A stretch of 62,909 bases of DNA, the filler included, from Guillardia theta CCMP2712 (lineage: Eukaryota > Protista > Cryptophyta), in assembly GCF_000315625.1 (NCBI RefSeq). It is 3 parts of 3 records of this genome, joined end to end, with 100 filler letters (N's around TTAATTAATTAA, not from the genome) between each part and the next. Parts side by side here need not be neighbours in the genome. Positions count along the whole stretch, not along the records: positions 1 to 31,498 come from NW_005434621.1; 2 more parts are not named here. The stretch is one strand, 5' to 3'. A program made the position numbers and the translations under genes. A model generated the notes under the pieces. It saw only the letters and a program-made list of their open reading frames with translations. It was not told the origin of the DNA and made no database searches. Below are positions 11,358-24,095 of this stretch, one piece after another (positions within the stretch are counted from its first letter, which is position 1; each line of letters starts with the position of its first letter).

Positions 11358-13217
11358 ATGGATGAAGTGGAGGAGCTTCATGGCAGGTCTGATTGCTTTT
11401 ATGCCCGGAGGAGGAGGAGTTTGAGACTTGTTGGAGTAGGGAGGCCTTCCGGCAGGACATGGCGATTAGCTTGGGAGCCCGAGGGGGAGGGGGAGGGGGA
11501 GGAGGAGGAGGTGATGAAGGTCAGAGTTCGTCATCGCCGAAGGTATTGCTTTTATCTCATGAGCGCTTCCTCTGTTCTGAAACACGTATAGGGTCTTCCG
11601 CCTAAGGTTGTAGCAAGAACCAACAGCCCGACCCGCCGAAAGGTGAAAATGGAGGGAAATTACCAAGGGAGGAGCGGAGGAGAAGAAGGAGGAGAAGAAG
11701 GAACGGAGGGAGGAGGGAAGGGGAAAGTAGCAGAAGAATGACGAAGCTTTGCAGTTGGTGGTGCGAGGGAACTCGTTCGAGACCAAGGATTCTCCCAACT
11801 TCGAGAACGGAACAATCTTCGAGATGGAGGTGGAGGAACCGGAGGACAAGAAGGACAAGGAAAATGACAAGGACAAGGAAAAAGGGGAAGAGGAGGAGGA
11901 GGGCAGAGAGGAGGATCAGCAATGTGAAGTTAAAGGCAAGAAAGCGTCCTCCTCGTCTTCGTCCTCGTCGGACCAGAAAGCAGCTGGAGGCCCTGCAAAG
12001 TCAACACTTGACGATAAGAAGACCAAGTTGCAGCAGGTCCTTTCTCCTCCTCCTCCTCCTCCTCCTCCCCATCTCCCTCCTCTTTTCTCGCCTCCCCCGC
12101 CCCCCCCTCCTCATCTTAACCTTGCCTGTTCTATTCCATTCCCTTCATCCCTTCATCATTCACTTTCTTTTTGCGGCCTCTTCCTGAAATCCTCTTTCTC
12201 CGCCTCCTCTCCCCCTGCCTCGTCCTCGTTCTCCTCCTCCTCCTCGTCTCCCCTCCCCAACTTCCACGTCCACGGCCGCTTACGTGGCCCTGTAGGACGG
12301 CAATGCTCTGCTTCCTGCCATCCCTGCCCTTGTGGGTGGAGGCAACGCAGACACGGAGAACGCAGCAGCGGCACTTGCGATGCTGCAGAACATGGCAGGA
12401 GGAGTAGCGACAGGTGCAGGAGGGGCAGGGGGGATGATGGTGCTGGGGATGCTGCGAGGCAAGCAGGAGGAGGAGCGCAGGCAAGGGGGAGATGGGGGCG
12501 TGCGAGGATCCGAGCAGCAGGTGCCTGTGCTGGTGAAGTCGGACGGGACAAAGATCCCGCTGAGCGGGGAGCTGCTGAGCAAGCTCGGTGTGCCATGGCT
12601 GGCGGCGGTTCCCATGGAGGGGAAGGGAGGGAGGGGAGGAGAGCACAGGAGGGCGGCTGCGGGAGAGGAGGAGAGGAGGAGGGCCCTGTGGCCTGAGGAG
12701 AGTCCCTCGACATCAGCAGCGCGCGGGGTGCAGGGGATGAATCTCAACTTGGAATCGCCAGAAAAGCAGGAGGAGGAGGGCAGGAAGGAGGAGGCGCCGA
12801 AGAAGGGCGCGGAAGTGAGGGGGAAGAGCACCAGGAGGGGAGAGGCTGCAGCCTCCAAGGACAGGGACAAGGTCGGGGAGCTGAGCAGAGCAGACGAGGC
12901 AGCGATCGCAGCTCTGCAGGAGCTGGGGGCAAGTGTAGAAGCATGGGAGAGCAGCGAGGAGGCGGGGAGGAGAAACAGAAGCTCAGGAAGCCTCCAGTCC
13001 CCTGGGGTAAAGACCCTCCTCCTCCTCCTCGCTCTCCTCCTCCTCCTCCTCCTCCTCCTTCTCCTCCTCCTCCTCCTCCTCCTCCTCCTCCTCCTCTTCG
13101 CCAGCTCTGACTCAGCTTGCATCAGACGGGAGGCAGCAGCGTCAACAGCAGACATGGAGCAGCAAGAGGCCGCCAAGTCACCCGTGCATGCCCGGGTAAA
13201 CCATCTGCTCCTGCTCT

Positions 13218-13264
<47 letters not shown>

Positions 13265-15067
13265 TTCTTTCTCCAGCCTATTCCCCATCTTCCTCCACTG
13301 CCTTCCTTGGCTCGTCATAATATTCCATTCAGGATGTGGTGAGCGGATCTCTATCGCCTGTAAGTTCTGTGCCCTGTGCGGATACACTTTCCGCCGTCCT
13401 TCCTCTCAGGTATACCAAGCTCCTCCTCCTGCTCTTGCTGCTCCTCCTCCTGCTCTTGCTGCTCCTACTCCTACTCCTGCTCCTTCTGCTCCTCCTGATC
13501 CTGCTTCCTTACCCTCCTTCATTCCTCGCTTCTCCATCTCTCAGCAACTCTCCTCAAGTCTCCTTCCCATCTCTGCTCCTCGTCTTGATTCTCCTCCCAG
13601 CCGAACTCGGCCAAGGACGGAGCAGCGTCTCCCCTCGCTGCTCTTGCCCCCGACAGCGCGTCTACCGAAGGGGGAGCAGGGGAGGGTCTGGAGCTCCGCA
13701 AGCTCAGCTCTGCCTCCTCCCCAGTCAGCGCCTCCTCTGCTGGAGGGTCCAACCAGGAGAGCCGTGTATCGAGCCCCCATGTCCTCAGTACAGGAGGAGG
13801 AGGAGGAGGAGCGAACCAAGCGGAGGAGGAGGGAGCGGGCGAAGAGGCCAGTGTGAGCGGAGGAGGAGCAGGAGGAACGCCCAGACCGACAGTGACGAGG
13901 GTGACGGCAAACTCGCTGGAGCTACACAAGATCAAAGAGCAGGTGAGAAACGAAAGGGGGAGGGGGGGGAGGGAGAGGGGAAGGGGGGGAGGAGGAGGAG
14001 GAGGGGAAGGAGGAGGAGGAGGGGGAGAATATTGACAGGAAGCAGGCGAGACGAGCAAGAGAGAAGCAGCTGCTTGCCAGATTGCAGTCTTTGCTCTTTG
14101 ATCAACGAGATTCTCCTCCCTCTGCGTCGGAGGTGAGCCCACCTCAGTTTCCCTCCCCTTCTCATCTTCTCCCGTGCCTGTGCTTCCTGCTCCTCCTCGT
14201 CCTCTTTCTCCTCCTCCTGCTCCTCCTGCTCTTTGTGCGTCTCCTCCTCTGATGCTCCCTCCTTGTCCTGGTCGCGCTCTTCTGACGCTTTTGCTTCTTC
14301 AGGTCACCTACAACTTCGTCCTGGGGTGTGCGGTAGACGCGCTTAAAGATCGCTTCCTTCGCAAGGGAATGAGCATCGCCCACCTTGGTAGTTACCTCCT
14401 CCTGCCCTGCAGCTCCTCCTGCTCCTGCTCCCGTTGCTACTCGTGCTCCCTGCTCCCTGCTCCCTGCTCCTGCACTTGCTCCTTCTGCTCCCTCTGCTGC
14501 TCCTGCCCCTGCTGCTGCTCCTGCCCTTGCTGCTGCTCCGACCCGCGTCTCATCTGCCTGCAGGCCTCGAGGAGCTCGCACTTGAGCCTGCAACGCCGAG
14601 GGGGCAGGAGGGAGGAGGCAGCGGGAACGCGGAGATGGAGAAGCATAAGATAAAGGAGCAGCAACGGCGGGCGAGGAAGCGACAGCTGCTGTCCACACTG
14701 CAGAGCATGGTGCTAGGGGAGGCAGAAGCTACGACCAAATCATCGGGGATAACGTGAGGAAGGGGAGAGAGTCAAGGGGGATGGAGGGAGAGGAGGAGGG
14801 GAGGACAAAGAAGAGGGAAAGGAGTATGACGAGCACACAGGGGGAACTACATCCTTGAGCTGGTGGTGGTGGAACTGGAGAAGGAACGACTGGAAGCACC
14901 TGCGGTAAGGAAGGAGGAGGAGGAAGTGGAGCAGGAGCAGGAGCAGGAGAACACATGAGAGTTAGCAGCAGCAAGAGAGCATGGGTTGGCGGGTTATGGA
15001 GGAGTGAGGCTCTTATGACTTGTGTGGTGAGCAGGCGAACGTGGCGGTGAAGGTGGAAGGAGATTAA
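11358..15067 (+). CDS. Transcription factor with two tandem bHLH domains (multi-exon; start uncertain)
   Basis: Canonical GT-AG splicing gives bHLH1 HKIKEQ|ARRAREKQLLARLQSLL..|VTYNFVLGCAVDALK and bHLH2 HKIKEQQRRARKRQLLSTLQSMV..IT|GNYILELVVVELEK; last exon ANVAVKVEGD*. Confidence 0.7.
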
Positions 15068-15301
15068 AATCACAAGAGAGGAGGTGTGAAGGAGCGACAA
15101 AGAGTGCGAGGAGGAGGAAGAGGGGAGGGTGTTCAAGTAGCTCTGGAGGGTGGCGACTAACGGTTGCATTGTTTCAATTTGTTCACAACGATTTCTATAA
15201 ATTTGGTTACATGTCATGAAGTTTATCTTTCCACTTCTCTTCTTGCTCCATCTGAATGTTCTTGCCCAACCGTCTCCTGCTGCTGCTGCTGCTGCTGCTG
15301 C

Positions 15302-16498
15302 TCAAACCTGTTTCCTCTGCAATCTTTCCTGCTCCATGCCCCCCGCTAGAATCTGCTCGTTCTTGGCATGAAACTTGGAGGCGATCCATTCGCCCAAGTT
15401 CTCGATCATGTTAGGCTGCTTCTCCCCTCTGCTCCTCGCCGCTTCCACCTCCTTCCTCTCCTTCCTCCTCTCCTCCTTCCGCTTCTCCTTCTCCACCAGC
15501 GTCGTCGACGTCTTCTTGCCCGCGCCCGCGCTCCCCGCCTTCTTCTCCGCCGCCCTCCCAACTCCCTCCGATTTCCTCGCCGCCTCCCACGACTCGACTG
15601 TGTCATACCCTCCTGCTGCTGCGATCGCTCTAATCGTATCGTCAGGAACGAACTCTCCATCATCCGTTGCCTTCATCGTTACGTTCTCGATCCTCACCGT
15701 CCCTCCCTCATGACCCTCCCCCGTCTCCTTCGCCTGCTCGTCCTTCTTCAGCCGCGCCTCTGCCTTCTTCCGCAAGTTCTCCAGCATGTCCTCCTCTTTC
15801 CTCCAGTGATCTTTCCTCCTGGTGGCTCCTGACGACCATCTCCGTCCTCCTCTCGCCTCTGCCCTCATCGCACTGTGATCGACAACTGTGAACGCAACGA
15901 TCAATCAAGTCATCGCCATCATCATCACCACCACCAACACCATCATCACCACCATCATCATTTTCAATGCGATGATGATCATGATCATCATCATCATCAT
16001 CATCATCGCATTCAAGACGAGCTCAAGAGAAAAGAGAACTTTACCATCACTTGCTCCCAGATAATCTTGACTGCTGTCAAACACATTCCCATCGTCCTCA
16101 TGGTCCCCTGGGAAGTAATGTTCTCCCTTCTACAGCGTTCCATCAGTCCAGCCGTGTCATCCATACAAACTCACCTTCATCTCCTTGATCCCCGCAAGCA
16201 CCTCAACGTTCGTCTGCGACATCTTCCCAGCTCTATGGGCAGGATGGGGGGAGGAGGCGGAGGACGGGGCAAGGACTGTGGGGTTGAACCCTCCTACGGT
16301 ATAGCCGACGACTAGCAGGAAGGCAGAAGCAACGATTGCCCGAGAGGCCAGGAGAGTGTAAGAGGGAGGGGAGGACAGAGAGTTTGTAGGATGCTTCTTG
16401 TGCTGTTGGTGGTGAGAGGAGGAGGAGGAGGGCGGGGGGGGCGGAGAGGGCGGGGAGGAGGAGGAGGAGGGAGGGATAGTACTCGCTTCTGCCTCCAT
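15302..16498 (-). CDS. Hypothetical membrane-anchored, charged protein (multi-exon; ends approximate)
   Basis: Hydrophobic segment AIVASAFLLVVGYTVGG, a GT-AG-bounded exon KGEHYFPGDHEDD.., and a long K/E-rich exon at about 15330-15830. Confidence 0.5.
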
Positions 16499-16795
16499 GT
16501 CGGCTGTCGCTGATGACCGGTCGCACGGCTAGGTGAAGAGTTTTTGTTTCTTTCATTCGCAGTATTTTACACAATTTTATTCCTATTAGATCAATAAATT
16601 TTATTGTTTTGAAGATCTAAATAATTTTTAATTCTTTTTTTATTTGAAAATATATTGTCTGTTTATACAGTTTATACAGTTCATTGTATCGTTCCAATCC
16701 AGAAGTCTCTGCCGGAAATAGGGCAAGGAGCGCCATGCTGGGGGAACCCTGAGGGTGGGGGCGGAGGAGAAGAAGGTGGAGTCGGCGTCGCCGCC

Positions 16796-18200
16796 ATGCA
16801 GAGGACAAGAGAACATGATGGAGAGAGAAACAAGAAGAACACTGCCAAGCTCGCTGCTTCAATCATCAGCGTGCTGCTACTGCTGCTGTGTTGTTCCTCC
16901 CTCCTTCGTAGCGGAGGAGGGAGGATGGAGCTTGGAATGTTGGGCAAGCAGGGTGAGATGTGCCTGATGTGATGTATCATTACTGATATATTTCTGTGTT
17001 TCTTGCTCCTTGTTCTTCTCCTCTGTCATTATCTTTCACCTATCTCATCCTGCTCTCCTGCTCCTGCTCTCCTGCTCCTGCTCCTGCTCCTGCTCCTCAC
17101 CTTTCCCCTGCATGTCCCTTCGGTGGTTCCAGAAAGCTTGAGGGAGCCTTTGGTACGATCGCGCAGAGCAAGACAATCGGAACTCGTACAGAAACCCCGA
17201 GGTTTCTATCAGGGAATGGCGAGCGGTCTAGAGGGGATCCTTCATAAACTGAAGCAGATGGGTGCGGTTTTCAACTTCCTCCTCCTTCACCTTCATCATC
17301 TCACCTTCTCCCTCAGCTTCTCTCAACTCTCATCCCTCCCTCCCTCCCTCCCTCCCGCCTCCCTCCTTCTTTCTGAGCCTGACTCCCTCTTGCAAGATTT
17401 GGGATCGGAGGTGAAGCAGCATCAGCGCGACGCGGCGAAGGAGCAAGTTTCTCAACAAAAGGAGCTTCTGGATTTAGCGTCAACGATGAACAGCGAGAAG
17501 GGGAAGTCGTCAGCAAAGAGCATCCTCCGAAACCTGCAGAAAGAACTGTTTGCCAGTATCGACGTCAAGTCGCAAGCGCGAAGGCGGATACGATCAAGAC
17601 AACTCCCTCCCTCACCTCCTGCGAGGCCGGCGAGCGAGAGAGAGGGACGGCAGGTTGAGACCAGAGAAAGAAGAATGAATCGAGCATGACGAAGTTTCAG
17701 GCGGTCAAGCAGGTTGGTCGTGGGGATGAAGGCGAACATAGCGGAAGGTGACAATGACAGCGACTCTACTGCTCATTCCAATGCCTTACTCTCTCGTTCC
17801 AAGGCATCCGACGCAAGAAGTCGCCAGTAGGAAGCAGAAGCAAAATCTGAGGGTTGAACCCCGAGCTGCTGCTGCTCCCCGGGAATCGAAGCTCTCTAAG
17901 AAGGTCCGGCGGGAGGTTTGAGTTTTCTCGGGATTGAAGTTGGACGCGCAGGCTGAGATCAAGCAGGAGCTGGAAGATGCTCAGGTCCTGCGTGCCTCGC
18001 CCCCTCTCGTGAGGAAGCTCATGCTCGCTCTCAGGCAGTTGCGGATGCCGCGTGGTCCGGGCAACCAAGAGGGGAGGGAGGGGATGAAGGTCAGAGACTT
18101 TTGTTGATACCTGCAGCTAGCTGTTATGATCTTCTTCCTGCTTCTCACTAGCGACGTTCTTGTGCAGAAGGATCGAAGGAGGAAATCGTCTCCAGCGTCT
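16796..18200 (+). CDS. Hypothetical type II membrane/secreted coiled-coil protein (runs into gap)
   Basis: MQRTREHDGERNKKNTAKLAASIISVLLLLLCCSSLL, then spliced helical exons (ESLREPLVR.., DLGSEVKQHQRDAAKEQ..). Confidence 0.45.
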
Positions 18201-18569
18201 CAATTGGNNNNNNNNNNNNNNNNNNNNNNNNNNNNNNNNNNNNNNNNNNNNNNNNNNNNNNNNNNNNNNNNNNNNNNNNNNNNNNNNNNNNNNNNNNNNN
18301 NNNNNNNGGGGGGGGGGGATTGAAAGAGGAGTGGGAGTGGAGTGGAAAGGAGTGGTGGATATGGGTGGTAAGAGAAAATATGAGATTCTTCTTTGTAGGA
18401 TGGTGGAGGGGACCTAAGGATGAGCCTGCCATCGGTGGGGTGAGTTTGAGATTCTACTCCCTCGCTCCAGAGTTGCTTCTTACAGTAGAGAGCAGTATTA
18501 TTCGGACTCGGGATACGCTATCATCTACACTCCAGAACATCCAGAAGGTGTAATCGTAGCAGACCCGAT

Positions 18570-19865
18570 GGCCGAGTGTCTGCCGGGTATGAGCGCATAT
18601 TACAAATGAGTGTATTGTCACAATGTGAATGGCAGGAACAGGCATACCATGCTACCGAGCAGGGAAGGTTGCTTTTTTGTAAACATTGTTGTTTCAGTTT
18701 TTCTTGTCCTTCGATGACCAAGGGTCTTGTTACCTGAAGCTTTTTAATTGGATTATAAATAGACATGAACATTGTATCCATCTTCTCGTATATGGCTTTC
18801 ATTTCTGCAGCTCTATCATCAGCATAAAACAATATTTTTTGGGTTGAGAAAATTGCGATCTTTATCATCAAGTTTGCGAAAATCAAAAAAATGTTTCTAC
18901 TATGGCTTCATTTGCGCAAGGTTGTGCGCTACAGAATACTCTGATTCGTTGAGTAGTAAATGTTACGGTGCATCCCTCATCACAACTTTTGCATAGAATC
19001 GTGATCCACTGCTGTTCGTTCTTCGCCCCACTGGTGAAGCTTGTCTTCTAACAGGAGATTCAGGGCGTCGAACGGGCGACGAAGGCTGACGGATAGGAGA
19101 AGACGGCGGTTGTTGTTGCTGCTGCTGCTGACGTGTAGTGCCTCCACGATGTGTCTGCAGAACAAGAGAAAGTCAGTCCACGCAGGGAGAGGACACGATG
19201 CAGAACCGTCGTCTCCTCCAATATGTAGTCCATCTTAGTCAACATTCGCATTCGTCGGTGCTCTGCTTCAGAAGTTCGTGCTCGCTGGAACTGTAAAGAT
19301 CCTGCAGTTGGAGCAGCGTGAGACAACAAGGAAGACCGACCATCGAGAGCTCTGACCTCCCATGCTCGACGAGTCCTGCTGGTACTGAACGTTCTGGTTT
19401 ACGTTCTCTGACATCATGTAAAATTGCTGTGGAGAGAAAGGACAAGGAGTCAGTGTGTACCATGGAGAGGAAACTTCTCTATATTTTCACCTCGGATGCA
19501 TATGATTCCATCGAGTGCTGTGATTCGTTGTCCGACAAGCCCTCCCTGAATTCTTCTGACCCATCCTCTCGGTACGAATGGATGCTCCCCTCGCGAATAT
19601 ACTTGGGTGAATTCTTCTCATAGGCAGCATCCCAGTAGCCACGAGAAGACTTTGCTCTCTGCTGGCACACCATCAGGAGCTCATCAATCTCCTTGTGCCT
19701 GTTGCAGATTCTGTCCAGCCTCCCCAAGATCAGCCATGCCGCGGCACACGATGCAACTATGAGAGCGACCGCAGCTATAGACGCAACGACTACCAATGAC
19801 CTCACCTGTTCACTGACTGCACTCTGTACTAGATTATTTAGAATGACTTCGGTCGACATGGACAT
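18570..19865 (-). CDS. Hypothetical single-TM protein (multi-exon; boundaries uncertain)
   Basis: ORF 19479-19865 with TM segment SLVVVASIAAVALIVASCAAAWLIL; further short open frames downstream. Confidence 0.35.
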
Positions 19866-20668
19866 TGAATGTTGAAACTAACTTTCTCCCCCAGCTCAAC
19901 TGAGATCAAGATGATAAGTATATCTTAAGTTTTCACAGCTTTCGGGGTCTTCGCGTCAAATGGGACACTGTTTTCCAGCGCTGAAAAGGTGGCAGGAGAC
20001 GGACTGGAGAGTGAAACTTGCAATGATAGACTGAGACTCAGACGACGACGAGACAACCTTGTTCCTTGTCTCAGTGACTGATCAAGAGGCTTCTTCCTGG
20101 GGTTTCTTGTCTTACCTTACCGTCTCACCGACCTCTGTTATATGCGATTTCTCCTTTTACCGCGACCATGCACTGTGTTCCACATCCAGGTTTGACAACG
20201 AAAAGTTTCCCTCGTTTCAATCGACAGAGCTTTTTATTTGAACCTTATATTGTATTATTTGTAATTTTCTTTTATTATTTGGAAGATATTGAGGAAATGT
20301 ACCTCGCGATGACCTTGTGATAGACTACCTCTGCGAATTGATTTGAGCTGTACGAATCGATCATCACCCGCATGTTTATTTGTGTTATAGGGGTCCTCTT
20401 TACTATTGCTTTCGGTGGAACGTGAGCACCCAAAAACATTTTCGCACTTCTTGTGGTACTGAATATTGTACGAACATATATCTTTTAAAAACATGTGACG
20501 AGCCTTTAAAACTTAATAAGGCTATCTCTCGAGTGGCTGATTGGAAAGAACAACTGTTCGTATCCACTCAAGAGGTCGTCACGTTACCTTCCTTTGACCC
20601 CCAGTCACGTTACCGGTACTTTTCGCCGGGAAGCCGCCGGATTTTGTCCGGGGAACAGCAGCGCCACG

Positions 20669-22236
20669 ATGCTGGGTTGGGTGACGAGAGCAGTGCAGGC
20701 CATGCAGGAGATGTTTCCGCTGGAGCTTGCTGAGGTAGGGGGAGGATGAGGAGGCATGAGGAGGCAGTGAAGAGACTGAGAGGTCAAAGAGGACAGAGAA
20801 GATAGAGGGGGGAGGGAGGGAGGGATGGAGCAGAAGTACCAATTGTCTGCTCTGTTTTCTGCTACGCCAAACATGGTATGAAACTCACTCAGCTGCGCTA
20901 GCCGTGGGACAATGTGGGGATCCTGGTGGAATCTTCCTTCACCGAAGAGGAAATCGGCGAGTCTGGAGCCATCCTGTTCACGAATGACCTCACTGAGAAG
21001 GTAGCGAGCCCTGGAGCATGAATTGACTGATAGTGGGAGCTTCAAGGTTCTGGAAGAGGCGCTTTCGGCTGGGGCAAAGCTTATTATTACTTATCATCCT
21101 CGTCCCTTTGGCTCGTTCAAGAGGTCATCTCCTCTCGCGATCTGCAACTCTGGCATGAGATGGAATGCAGGCTAAATCTCTCCGACGTCACGCAACGGAT
21201 AGTGCTTCGCTGTGCGAGGGCGGGAATATGTGTCTACTCCCCCCACACTGCGTGCGACAATGCATCGGGGGGAGTGAACGATTGGCTGGCACAGGCATTT
21301 TCGTCGGATCCTCAATCAATCAGCCCTGTCAAGCCCATGAAGATAGAAGGTAATGTAAACAGCACGATGAGGCTGGAGGCGCCAGTTGTGACAACTGTGC
21401 CTCGCCTGAAACCAGTCACACCCTCCATCCCCTCCTTGGTGCTTCAAGACGCATTTGAAGCCATGGTGGCAGGTTATCCTGGGGCAGGATCCGGGAGGAT
21501 CGTACAGTTACAAGAGCACATCTCACTGAAGGATGCGGTGGAGGTGAACAACCCTCAAACCCTGCTCAAGTACTCCAGGTCTCACGTGCAGTTGTTGCGG
21601 CAGGTCGTCAAGAAGCGATGCTGTCTTGAGCATGTCCGGTTGGCCGTCAGCGAGAAGGCATCCAACCCTCCCGCCGACTTCATGACGATCACTGACTTGC
21701 GTGCTCTCAGTGCCAAAGGGGGGCGAAACTCGAGAACATCAAGATCAAGAGTGTAGCGGTGCAAGCTGGGTCGGGAGGGAGCGTTCTGCTGGGGTGCCCA
21801 GCGGATCTCCTCGTCATGGGAGAGATGAGTCACCATGACGCGTTGGCAGCTATTGCTGTAAGTTGCTATCTTCCCTTCGGAGTATCCTCAACATCCTTGT
21901 CTTCAATCTGCAGCTCTTGTCCAACCTACCAAATTCTCTCTTTCCTCCAACGTACCCCCCTCCCTGACGTGCCCCTCGCTGCTGCTCCTCAGCTCTGTTT
22001 CTATCCATGTTTGTCTCATTCTTAGCTTCTGGCAGGCTGGCTCGAGCGTCATTCTTACAGAGCACTCAAATTCTGAGAGAGGCTTTTTGCCCCAAATGGT
22101 CGATCTGTTGCAAACAAGGTAATGAATGGCAAGGTGTCTACATTTCTTGATTGTGTGTAGGATGCAGGCGGCAGGCTACGACAAGCTTCAATACATCATC
22201 TCGACTACGGATTCCGACCCTCTTTCAGTCGTCTAG
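20669..22236 (+). CDS. NIF3: NIF3-like protein (DUF34 family)
   Basis: MFPLELAE|PWDNVGILVE, LFTNDLTEK|VLEEA, IITYHP, VYSPHTACDNASGGVNDWL, AGSGGSVL, MGEMSHH, LTEHSNSERGFL, C-terminal DSDPLSVV*. Confidence 0.92.
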
Positions 22237-22384
22237 TGCTGTTTTGCACTTCGAAATGAGGATCTGGAAAACAAAAAATGCCATCCAGCACAAATCCTTC
22301 TTCGGCTTCTCAGATTCAGTACATTCGCATGAAACATCAGCCTGCGCATATGACCCTTGCCATCCTCTTCGTCATCTGCATCTT

Positions 22385-23184
22385 TCAGTAGTACTTGCAC
22401 TGAGCAGCTGGAAGACCAAACTCTTTCGAGAATGCCCACTTCTTTGCCTTCAGCTGCTGAAGCAAATTCCCGTCCAAGGTCACGCTGGTACCTTCTGCAG
22501 ATGCTGCTGCAGGAGCAGGAGCGGGCTTTGATGCTGCCGCAGGCTGTGGCGCCTTGGGCGTAGGGGCTGCGGCCTGCGGTGCTGCTGCCTGAGCTGCTGC
22601 TGCCTGTGGCGCTGATGGCTTGAAGTTTTCAAACGCACTGACATCAGACAAGCTCTCGCATACCACCATAACGATCTCTCCCACGGCCACGTCTGAGGCC
22701 CCGTCTTCTTTAAGGATCGCAGCAACGTATCCTTCCTCTTGAGCCTCCCACGCCATGGTCGCCTTGTCTGTCTCCACGTCACAGAGATGGTCTCCGGGAG
22801 CAATCTTCTGCCCGATTTTCACCATCCACTTGGCTGACGAGAACAAGAGTCAGAGCTATAGGGAATGCAGCGCAGGAGATTCCTACCTATGTTACCCGCC
22901 TTCATGGTGGGTGAGAGAGCAGGAAACGCAAGCTCCATGTGAGGAGGCAGTGAAGAGAAAAATCGCATGCCCCCCAAAGCACGCTGGACGCAGCGAGCTT
23001 GACCTCCTGCAGGAGCGCGCAAGTATCTCGATTGAACAGTGGTTGATACTGCTCTTGAGGAAAGGGAAGTGCGGGTGGAGGACATGAACGAAGAGGAGGA
23101 GGGATTTTGAAGGTGGGAGCAAACGGGAAGGGCGCGGAGCATTGATGAGGTGCGCAGAGGAAGTTTCATGGCAGAGCGCAGCAT
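22385..23184 (-). CDS. Mitochondrial stand-alone lipoyl-domain protein (PDH E2/E3BP-type lipoyl domain)
   Basis: R/S-rich presequence; FPALSPTMKAGNI|AKW..GDHLCDVETDKATMAWEAQEEGYVAAIL; Ala/Pro linker; short tail then stop at 22385. Confidence 0.85.
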
Positions 23185-23204
23185 TGCGGAGGCAACGTTA
23201 GAGA

Positions 23205-24095
23205 GGTAGGGTGGTACTCAGTTAAAAGGGGTATGGAGTATTTGGTTAGTAAATAGTACCGGGTACTGCTCAATATTTTCATTGAAAGACATCGGTGGGG
23301 GTAATATTTGTAGGGGTCATCGTTGTAAATAGTGGGTAGGGGTGGAGGGACAACTTGCTATGGCTCAACCATAGGGTGTAGCAAATCGACCTTGTGCACC
23401 CTCAGCATGGTGTACCCCTACTTTCAACCATCAACTCATCAGTAAAATGAGGGTGGGTGTGTTATTCGGGTGGGGTAGGGGTGGAGATCACAGTGAGTCT
23501 AGCATGACCGGGTACTTGGACTCCAACTTAAGAGGTAGGGGTATTTCAAGACTGAGTCTGAGGGGAGCTTGATCATGATGAGGCAGGCTTGAAAGTTTTG
23601 TTCAGACCGGGTCCATCTAGAGCCTTCTATAGGATCACAGGGGGTAGGGTGGAGGTCTTGAGTCGTTGGCACACGTCACTTAGAGTAGAGTGAAAATGAA
23701 TGGTAGTGAAGAGCTGTGGAAAGGTAGGGGTAGGGTAGGGAAGATAAGGGGGTGGGTTCATAGATAGTCATCCTCATTACCGGTTCTTGGACCAGTAAAT
23801 GATGGGGTATGTGAGGACATGGGGTACGCGATATGTTGAAAGCCATTGTGATTAAGGGGGTGTCAACCCAACCCTACCATACGGCATCCCTTTATTGTAC
23901 CCCATGGTCAATTTCCCATCCGCACCCCATACTAGAAATACTCACCCGTCATACTTGCATGACTACCCCTATATTCTCTTTGTACTACCCTTGATTATGT
24001 GGAGTTCATTTGCTAGTACGGGTATCATTAATAACCCTACCCCCTCAATTGGGTAAGAAATGAGCAAGGACCCCTGATTAAAAGAACCCTACCCA
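23205..24095. repeat. Degenerate GGGTA/TACCC-rich intergenic block with a G-quadruplex motif
   Basis: GGGGTA/GGTAGGG words to about 23860, then TACCC/ACCCC words; GGGGTAGGGTAGGGAAGATAAGGGGGTGGG at 23727-23756. Confidence 0.7.
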
